From assembly GCA_964016885.1 (NCBI GenBank), contig OZ024741.1, positions 2,232,001 through 2,296,000 of the forward strand: a DNA stretch of 64,000 nt. The letters are read 5' to 3'. Below the pieces are notes generated by a model. It did no database searches, was not told the origin of the DNA, and worked only from the letters and a program-made list of their open reading frames with translations. Of this stretch, positions 54,621 through 64,000 are shown piece by piece. The DNA is from Eledone cirrhosa (lineage: Eukaryota). A program made the position numbers and the translations under genes. Every line of letters begins with the position of its first letter. Position 1 is the first letter of the stretch.

Positions 54621-55197
54621 GTATATATATATATATATATATCAACACTTACTCTGATTGGTTGAAAATTAACCAATGACATACGATCACCACCACCACG
54701 GCTATCCCCGAAAAATTTATGAAGATGTTAGGCATATATGTTAGAACACGAAAAGTGAACATTCTGTTGTATCACACTTTTCGTGTTCTAACAGATACAA
54801 AAAGTTATGAAACGAAAGGAGCTGTGTGGTTACTAAAAAAACAAGGTTTAGGATGGTTGTTAGGACGGAACAGGTGGAGAAAGGAAGAAAGGAGTTTCCA
54901 TCGTCAGCTGTAAGTGTTTGCCGATCCGATGTTTCGGCGCTGAATTACAGGACATCGGTGTAGTTCGGGTACGCCCGAGGCCTTTTATTAATCAAAAGGC
55001 CAGGTGGAAAAGGAGAGAGAAAGAGAGAGAAAAAAAAAAAATATATATTTAAGAAAATAGAGGTGTGACACACGAGTTGTGATATATTGGGAAAAGGAAA
55101 AGAAAATGCTGACAAACATATATAGAGAGAGACAGAGACAGATATATACATATATATATATGTGTGTGTGTGTGTTTTTTGTGTATGTGTGTATCTC

Positions 55198-55285
<88 letters not shown>

Positions 55286-55369
55286 TAAAATTGTATACAC
55301 TAACGCATATAGTATATTTCATGCACAAAACACATAATGTCCTCAAACTTTTCACCTAGCTATACATAA

Positions 55370-55428
<59 letters not shown>

Positions 55429-55433
<5 letters not shown>

Positions 55434-55641
55434 AAAAGGAAAAGAAAATGCTGACAAATTTTTACCAGTGAAAAATAGTTTAATTAGGAATAAGTATAAA
55501 TTAGTAACAAGTATTAGTTAGTATTCAGTTTTAGTTTTAAACTGAATACTAACTAATACTTATTACTAATTTATACTTATTCTTAATTAAACTATTTTTC
55601 ACTGGTAAAAATTTGTCACCATTTTCTTTTCCTTTTTACTA
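55429..55641. repeat. Near-perfect palindrome with about 103-bp arms, inside (TA)n
   Basis: TAGTAAAAAGGAAAAGAAAATG...TCAGTTT / AAACTGA...CATTTTCTTTTCCTTTTTACTA. Confidence 0.92.
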
Positions 55642-55716
<75 letters not shown>

Positions 55717-55803
55717 ATAGGGAGAAAAAGACGATTATTAGGAAGAAAAATGTTTTTTCCTTTTATTATTTTCACTAGAGTGAGTGAACATCGTTAAATT
55801 TTT

Positions 55804-55877
55804 TCGCCTGACGAGATCAGTGATAATCGATCATGGCCGCACGATCGATCTATCTCTTATTGAAACATGTGTCGTGA
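55804..55877 (+). ncRNA. Type I hammerhead ribozyme motif within a 210-bp insert between (TA)n tracts (55713-55922)
   Basis: TCGC-CTGACGA-(GATC-rich stem II)-GAAAC-ATGT-GTC-GTGA. Stem I is TCGC/GTGA, with a GUC triplet at 55871-55873. Confidence 0.65.
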
Positions 55878-55914
55878 TTAAAATGATTGGAAATTTATAC
55901 CATGCCTTCGGATC

Positions 55915-55954
<40 letters not shown>

Positions 55955-55986
<32 letters not shown>

Positions 55987-57008
55987 GTTTAACGTCCATT
56001 TTCCACGCTAGCATGGGTCTGGACGGGAATTGTCCCACTTGAGGCAAGATTGGTTGTCTTGCTCAGGACAGTCTGGCGGGTTTTCTACGGCTGGATGCCC
56101 TTCCTAACACCAACCACGTTTACAGTGTGGACTGGGAGGTTTTTACCGTGTTACCTACACGGCCACATTACAGCGTGGACTGTGTGTTTTATTGTCGTGA
56201 CACCTACACGTCTGGCGGGTTTTCTACAGCTGGGTGCCCTTCCCAACACCAAACACGTGTGTTTTTTTGTCGTGACACCTACACGACCTCATTTGTTTCG
56301 GACTGGATGTTGTGGTACCAACATAACTTCACATTTAAGGGGGTGGTATGGATGGGGTGGGGGGTAGTGGGACTGGGATGTATTTTGTTAGAGGTGCCTA
56401 CTAACTGTAGGTTTCGCTTTGTACTTAGGCAAGGCGGGTCTTCTGTATAACTGTGTAGCGCCAAAGATCTCGGTCCAGTGAAATTGACTTGTAAGTGTGT
56501 GAGGTCGGAATTTATCAAGTCGTCCCAGGTTTTTCTAGGTCTGCCTACTCCAGGGCTACCGTCTATTTTTATCAGCCTGCACTTTTTTATACAGCTGTCG
56601 TCTTTCATGCGCATCACGTGACCGTACTAACGTAGTCTTCTCTCGAGTAAACAACATCTGATCCCTCTTATTCCTAATTTCTCCCTTAGTTCGTTTATGC
56701 TTTGCCGTTCCTCTCCAGTCTGCGTATATCCTCTGCACACAATGCCCAGGTCTCACTGCCATGCAACATTGCTGTTCGTATGCAGGCATCATACAGCCTG
56801 CTTTTCATTTTTAGAGAGAACCCTTTAGCGGCCAATAGTGGTATAAGCTCTCTGAACTTTTTCCATCCCGTTCTGACTCTAGCTACTGTACTTTCAGAGC
56901 ACCCTCCCCCACTGCTGATTTTGTCACCCAGGTAACGGAAGCTGTCCACTGTTTCTATAGAACCATCTGTGCAATGGAATGAGCTAGTATTCTGTGGGCA
57001 CTTGCTGC
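55955..57008 (-). mobile_element. 5'-truncated RTE-clade LINE with (GAT)n tail
   Basis: VDSFRYLGD...GWKKFREL...MLHGSETW and GRPRKTW motifs, with frameshifts and stops. Confidence 0.92.
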
Positions 57009-57967
57009 TACTTATATATATATATATAGTGAATGTGATTCACCGAGCAAACCCTCTGTGAACCGCGCGTAACAGGTCGATACACAATAAATCTAAATAC
57101 ATGTAAACGAAACTTCATCGTTTTTATCAATATATATATGGGGGAGAGATCCGGCGTGCGGGTGGGCGTCGATATATATATCGATAAAGATATATATATT
57201 TATATAGTCATAATGTCTCATGCGACAGTAGGTCAGCCAATGGATGCGTGAGAGGGGGTGTCAAATAACTGGGTTACTCCCAACCTCAGCAATTCTTAGC
57301 TTCCACCCCAACATGTCGGGCCATCGTGGCCAAAGACATAATCATAATACCTCCGAGGTTAACTTTGCCTTTTAGCCTTACGGGGTCGATAGAATAAAGT
57401 ACCAGTAATGTACTGGGGTGGATTTAATCGAGTTTCCCTGCCGCTCGAATTAGAAACCAATATTTATGATGTCAGAGGATTAGAAAAGTCGTTAGAGCGT
57501 TGGACCCATGCTTAGCCGTATTTGTTCCGGGTCCACAAATCCCACCGAGTTCAACTTAGTATTTCATCTTTTCGTGGTCGATAAATTATAGTACCAGTAA
57601 AATAACTGGGTTGATGCAATCGACTTTCTCCTCTCCACAAATTGTTAGCCTTGTTAGAAAGAATTACTGCTGCTGCTGCTGCTGTTGTTGTTGTTGTTGT
57701 TGTTGTTGTTTCTCTGTGTGTGTTATTACATTAATTAGGTATTAAATATGAATGAATCTGATGATAAGCCAATCAGTGTCCGTCATGACATCATAACAGC
57801 AAGAAATGAGAGAAATAAAGATAAAATGATGAAATAGATTCCATGTGATTATTAAACAGAAACTGGTTTATGTTGTCTCAGACATGATTGAGATAAATGA
57901 GAATATAAGGAGTGTCTGCAATTCAGAACACATAGATATGTTTATCCATGAATATGGATATATATAT

Positions 57968-58067
<100 letters not shown>

Positions 58068-58153
58068 TTATAGTTGTGTATAATGGTAGCTATGGTGCTT
58101 CCATAGGCGGTAAGCCAAAATTAGCACTCGATATTCATCAGAGTAGAGTGTAG

Positions 58154-58476
58154 ATATTATAAAGAAAACGAAAAATCAGTGATGCATCTGGACTTAGTTT
58201 ATTTCGTGTTACAAATGTTTCGCCGGCATGTAGCTCGAGACATGGTCCTTGTATGGATCTGGCTGATTCTACTTCTGCGGGTTCTTTCAGACACCGGTGT
58301 TTCGTCCGATAAAATTTGCTCCGGACGAAACACTCGTATCTGAAAGAACCCGCAGAAGTAGAATCAGCCAGATCCATACAAGGACCATGTCTCGAGCTAC
58401 ATGCCGGCGAAACATTTTTAACACGAAATAAACTAAGTCCAGATGCATCACTGATTTTTCGTTTTCTTTATAATAT
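58154..58476. mobile_element. Near-perfect palindrome with 155-bp arms, centred on a hammerhead stem II
   Basis: Centre GTTTC-GTCCG-13 nt-CGGAC-GAAAC. The minus arm reads CGGAC-GAAAC-ACCGGT-GTC. Confidence 0.9.
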
Positions 58477-58576
58477 ATATATATATATACAAGCAAATTA
58501 TAAACGTAAACATGTAAGTATGTTTTTGAAACGGTGCGCGAGTTTGAAATTAGAAATTAGAAATTATAAGCTGTGT

Positions 58577-58620
58577 AAAAGATGAGTGTTGCCGTACATG
58601 TACGGCAACACTCATCTTTT
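58577..58620. repeat. Perfect 44-bp spacerless palindrome
   Basis: AAAAGATGAGTGTTGCCGTACA|TGTACGGCAACACTCATCTTTT. Confidence 0.97.
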
Positions 58621-58701
58621 TCCATTTCTCCGAGGGCTATAAACCCCACTATCAGGCTAGAAATTTCTTTAGTCTAAAATACGGTGAAAACTTATAATTT
58701 A

Positions 58702-58761
<60 letters not shown>

Positions 58762-59446
58762 TTCTACAGGACAAGAACTGTCAGTTTCATTCCTCGTTTT
58801 CTCGTTTTCTTTTAAGCACCAGGACGTGTTTGAGGGAATCTAGTTTCTATTTCTAGTACATCAAAGATCCACATCAAGGCTCTCCTTGGGTTATGTTGAG
58901 GGTGTACTTGATTTAATCAATTTTAGTTTTTGACTGCAATTTATTGTATCGGACGGAATGTCTAACTTTATCATCACATTGGTGGCGTGGGTTGGAGTAG
59001 GGTCATAATTTGGCTAAAAGAGGGATGTAATATCAATTGATTAGGGCTCTGTCTCTCAATATTTAATTGGTGTTATATTTGTCCCCAGAAAGATGACAGT
59101 TAAGACTGAACTTCGACTACATTCGAACTCGGAAGTTCAAGGGACGTAAGTACAATAACACAATTCATGATACAATATTTACATTAAATATAGTCATAAC
59201 AGGATTAGTTTCTAGAGTGGGATGGGGGCGACAATCGATTAAATCAATCATATATTTCACTAATAATATATTTTATCGAACCCGGAAAAATAAAATCCAA
59301 TCTGTGGGATTCGAACTAAGAACCTAATGGTTCGAAATAATTAACAGAAGATATTTTGTTCGACGCCAACCGTCGCCTTCACAATACTTGTGATTTCTAA
59401 TAAAGGGAGGTGAAATTAGTTATATTGAGTACTTGACTGCTATATT

Positions 59447-59709
59447 CAGCCTTGGATTTAGACCTTTTGGGGGCCCGGGGCACTTCAACTTTCTTTTGGT
59501 GGGGTATCATACACATAAAATTAGAATACACAACAGACCCTCTAATTTTACATATCAAAATCAGCTTTGTAATTGGAATTGAAAAGTTATACATACAGGT
59601 ATTACATTCAAAAATTCCAGCCATCCTAAAACTAAATAGCTACAGCCGTTCCTGCCCGGGGCCGGGGCAATTGCTCCCCCCCCCCCCCACCCATTAAATC
59701 TGGCCCTGG
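59447..59709. mobile_element. Degenerate MITE with CAGGGCCGGATTTA-type TIRs
   Basis: CAGCCTTGGATTTA ... TAAATCTGGCCCTG, with subterminal GCCCGGGGC motifs. Flanks GCTATATT/GTTACATT could be an 8-bp TSD. Confidence 0.55.
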
Positions 59710-59904
59710 TTACATTACTTTATCAACAACAAAAGGATGAAAAGGAAAGCTGAAATCGGCGGGATTTGAACGCAATACGTGAAGAGCCCCAACAAAATGC
59801 CGCAAAGCATATTGTGCGACACTCTACCGATTCTTCCACCCCCCCCCCCCCCAGTATATTACAGATAATTAAATAAACCGTAACAATATTTCTTATTTCT
59901 GCCC

Positions 59905-60220
59905 TCTCACCGCCTCCACCACCTCCACCACTACCGCTTCCTCCCCAACTCATTTAGCACCACCATCACCACCTCCTCCCCCACTCATTTAGCACCACCA
60001 CCACCACCGCTTCCTCCCCCACTCATTTACCACCACCACCACCACCACCTCCTCCCCCACTCATTTAGCACCACCACCACCACTTCCTCCCCCACTCATT
60101 TAGAACCACCGCTTCCTCCCCACTCATTTAGCACCACCACCACCTCCTCCCCCACTCATTTACTCCACCACCACCACCTCCTCCCCCACTCATTTAGCAC
60201 CACCACCACCACCACCACCG
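59905..60220. repeat. C-rich minisatellite CCTCCCCCACTCATTTAG(CAC)n
   Basis: About 8 copies of CTCATTTA. Confidence 0.9.
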
Positions 60221-60727
60221 TCGCTGCACTGCAACTATAAAATATTCCCTCCAATTAAACAGCAGCAGCTATAGACACAAATAAGAGATTTATGAAATCT
60301 TTCAACTAAATTTTTCATTTGATAATGGAAGAATAAAAACAAAAATGAAGGCGTGGCTTAAAATTTCAATTCATTTCATTCATTCTGAATATTGTTGTAG
60401 AGAAAATGTTGGAGAAAAATGTATCCACCCATTTGAAATGTGGATTATGAATGATTATAGAGTGAACTGGTATTTAACGTTACAAACATAAGGTAATAGA
60501 GAAATATAATTAATTATAACTAAAAAATACAGGCACAGATATGGTTGTGTGGTTAAGGAATCTACTTCATAACCAAAGAGGTTTCAGGTTCGGTTCCATT
60601 CGAGGTATCTCGGGTATGATTGTTTTAATATATATAGTCGTGAGTTGATGAATGTCTTAAGTGGCGTGAAATTTAGTAAACGGAAACGGCAGAAGCTCAT
60701 CGAATATATGTGCGTGTGTGTGTATAC

Positions 60728-60780
<53 letters not shown>

Positions 60781-60976
60781 ACGATATGTTTCTTTATTTA
60801 TATATAGAGATAGATAGATAAATATACACGGGTGTGTATGATTGTGTATAGAAGATTATATTAATAAAAGGAATTCCAACTTTGTCTGATTTACTCGTTT
60901 TATTTACAATCCTTTAACATTTATAATGGTATTAGAATGAAATAGTATGGTAGAATATTAAATATTAAGTGTTAAT

Positions 60977-61015
60977 TGAACAAGTACTTTCATGCTTTCG
61001 CAATCTTCAGGTTCA
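60977..61015 (-). ncRNA. Minimal hammerhead ribozyme motif
   Basis: TGAAC-CTGAAGA-T-TGC-GAAA-GCA-T-GAAA-GTAC-TT-GTTCA. Perfect 5-bp stem I, GNRA-capped stem II, palindromic AGTACT stem III. Confidence 0.75.
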
Positions 61016-61070
61016 TAATGTGTGGTGACAGTCAGTTGAAAATTGCAAACTTGACTGTCACCACACATTA

Positions 61071-61109
61071 TGAATCTGAAGATTGCGAAAGCATGAAAGT
61101 ACTTGTTCA
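61071..61109 (+). ncRNA. Minimal hammerhead ribozyme motif, mirror copy
   Basis: TGAAT-CTGAAGA-TTGCGAAAGCAT-GAAA-GTAC-TT-GTTCA. The stem I change gives a U-G wobble. Confidence 0.72.
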
Positions 61110-61314
61110 ATTAACACTTAATATTTAATATTCTACCATACTATTTCATTCTAATACCATTAGAAATGTTAAAGGATTGTAAATAAAACGAGTAAATCAG
61201 ACAAAGTTGGAATTCTTCTTATTAATATAAATACATATATATATGTGTGTGTGTGGTGTATATGTATATATATATATATATATATATGCGTGTGTGTGTG
61301 TGGGTGGTTGTGAT

Positions 61315-61450
61315 CCGTTAGCGGTTCGACAAAAGGAAAACGACAAAAATAAGTACCAGACATATAAAATATAAGTCAGAGGGACGATATGATCGATTTT
61401 ACGGTGGTGCCCCAGCAAGGCCGCAGTCTGTGGCTGAAATCAGTAAAACA
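61315..61450 (+). mobile_element. SINE 3' part
   Basis: AAAATAAGTACCAG...GGTGCCCCAGCAAGGCCGCAGTC..GCTGAAATCAGTAAAA. Confidence 0.55.
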
Positions 61451-61704
61451 CACACATACACACACATTTACACACTCACAGTCACACATACACGCATACG
61501 CACACACATAAACACACACACACATTCACACACGCACAAATACACATCCACACATCCACAGACACACGCATAATTATATATGCACCGAAATGGCGCTAAT
61601 CTCCAGTGGACGTCAAGGATGTTCCGCGTATCTGTCTGCTATTGTTTAGTACTGCTGACTGTCCACCATATGTCAGGTCAGATTTTAACATACATACATA
61701 CATA

Positions 61705-61746
<42 letters not shown>

Positions 61747-61818
61747 CATATATACATATATATATTTATGTATATATCTATCTATCTATATATGTATATA
61801 TATATATATATGTGTGTG

Positions 61819-61860
<42 letters not shown>

Positions 61861-62091
61861 CATATACATATATATATACATATATATATATAGATATAGA
61901 TATAGATATAGATATAGATATATATACACATATATACATATATATACATATATATAGATAGATATACATATATATATACATATATATATATACATATATA
62001 TATATTCAAATACATATATATGTGTATATATATACATATATATATATATACGTATACACACACACACATACACACATACACACATACACAG

Positions 62092-62132
<41 letters not shown>

Positions 62133-62232
62133 CATATATATATACATATATATATTATACAGGAAACTGGGGGAAATCGAAAAAAATTAAATAAGTTAAA
62201 TTCAAAACAAAATTATTTAAAATTAAAAATCT

Positions 62233-62320
<88 letters not shown>

Positions 62321-62470
62321 ACCCCGTTCCAATTCAATATTATTATTGTTAACTTTGCCTTTCATCCTTACGGGGTCGGTAAAATAAAGTACCAGTAATA
62401 CACTGGGTAATTGCTGGCCTTGTGACTAACGTAGAAACAATTATTATTATATAAAGAAATAATAATAATA

Positions 62471-62512
<42 letters not shown>

Positions 62513-63119
62513 TGAGAGAGAGAGAGGGAGAGAGGTACACACACATAGTATAGTAGTGTCGTTAGAGACATGCGATATTATTCCAGTTCTCTGCCCCTTG
62601 AGTTCGAATCACAACAACAACCCTACCTTTATCTCCTTTCGCGGATACTTATATAATCATCACCGAGTCCCATCTTTTCCCTCCTCCCCCTCTATCTGTC
62701 CCTTGATTGTTGGTTAACCAGCGCCCTTCTTTCTGGTCATCTATAACTCCATTCACTACAAAAATGTTATACTTAATGGATGTCTCATCTAAGTTAGACT
62801 AACGAATGTTATAAGGCAGAAGCCATTTCTATCCTCTACTGATATATATCGAGATTGCTGATGTTAGATTTCGATTCTTTGCCGATGCAAAATCACTTTA
62901 ATTAACTTCTTTAATTATTCTACTAAAGACCTTCACGAAAGTGCAGCAAAATTATATTGTTTCCATCCTTTAAGGATTTATTAAACAGTAGAGGGCAGAT
63001 TAACATGTTATACTGCGTTTTAACTGACCTGTCTATCTCAAACTCTAGCTAGCTATCTAGATTTATGTAACATCAGCATCTTAATGTTATAGATGGATAG
63101 ATATCATAGATAGATAGAG

Positions 63120-63180
<61 letters not shown>

Positions 63181-63274
63181 TTACAAATAATATATATATG
63201 TGTGTGTGTGTGTTTTGGGTGTGTGTGTGTATGTAAGCATATAATGTATATGTATATAACGTATATATATTAAC

Positions 63275-63331
<57 letters not shown>

Positions 63332-64000
63332 GAGAGAGGGAGAGCGAGAGGGGGATTTTGAGTCTATTAGAGGAAGAGTGGAACAGAAAATGGCGAAAGA
63401 ATAAAAGAATTTCCTATTAATGCATTTAATTCTCTTCCCCTGGTTTTGGTCAGATCAGTCGCCATGTTGGGAGTGACGTCCACTACAACTGTTAGCCATG
63501 CTAGGACAATGTAGTAGACTGGTCATCACTGACCGTTCATACATTTATTAATTATTCACCTTCCTCCAATGGATGATATTTTGCCTGGTCTTCTTATTAA
63601 TCTTCATTATCTTATATTCATATCCTTACCATTATTATTATCATCTCAATATAAATGTTTATATTTATTGTTAATTATCATTTAGTTGTTACTGTTGTTG
63701 ATGTTCTTGCTGTTACTCTTCTAGCTTTTATAAGTGTAAAGTCTCTACGGCTAAATCTCCCTATCTATATCTCCCTATCTATATCTCCATATCTATATCT
63801 CCCTATCTATATCTTCATATCTATCAATACTGTATATATGTTTTAATACAACACTGTGAGGTAAGAGGGTACTGAATATGAAATGTTGTCTTAGATATAT
63901 TCTGTGTATGATGTATGTATAATATATTTATATAGTATATGTATGTGGCTGGGTGCACAAATGTACTTTAGCAATATTACTTTAGTTATATATATATATA

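Larger units (their letters stand above)
60856..61230. mobile_element. Palindrome with about 180-bp arms and a complete hammerhead in each arm
   Basis: Arms meet at GACAGTCA-17 nt-TGACTGTC. Flanked by TA/GT repeats. Confidence 0.92.

Noticed and set aside
54920-55003. Two small hairpins (CCGATGT/ACATCGG and GGCCTTTT/AAAAGGCC)
   Set aside because: No ribozyme core, tRNA fold or second copy to support a call.
58138-58585. Mirror ORFs with identical peptide on both strands
   Set aside because: A consequence of the palindrome; no protein motif recognised.

Overview
Repeat-saturated eukaryotic, non-genic or intronic DNA. The SINE families and microsatellite density suggest an octopod cephalopod (inference). 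Bases 1-16945 are a 26-bp satellite with nested higher-order duplications. The remainder holds further mini/microsatellites, SINEs, MITEs, and truncated non-LTR retrotransposons (L1/Tx1, RTE, CR1, R4/Dong). Most listed ORFs are microsatellite translation artefacts. No intact host gene is visible, only two candidate exons. The most striking signal is a population of short non-coding inserts, from several unrelated sequence families, that sit in or beside (TA)n tracts. Many are fold-back palindromes, and many carry minimal hammerhead-ribozyme motifs (CUGANGA-stem II-GAAA-palindromic stem III-UH), as described for Penelope-like elements and retrozymes. In several families the inversion axis or 5' truncation point falls in ribozyme stem II. 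Different retroelements also appear to partition different microsatellites as targets: TA, TAA and CATA.
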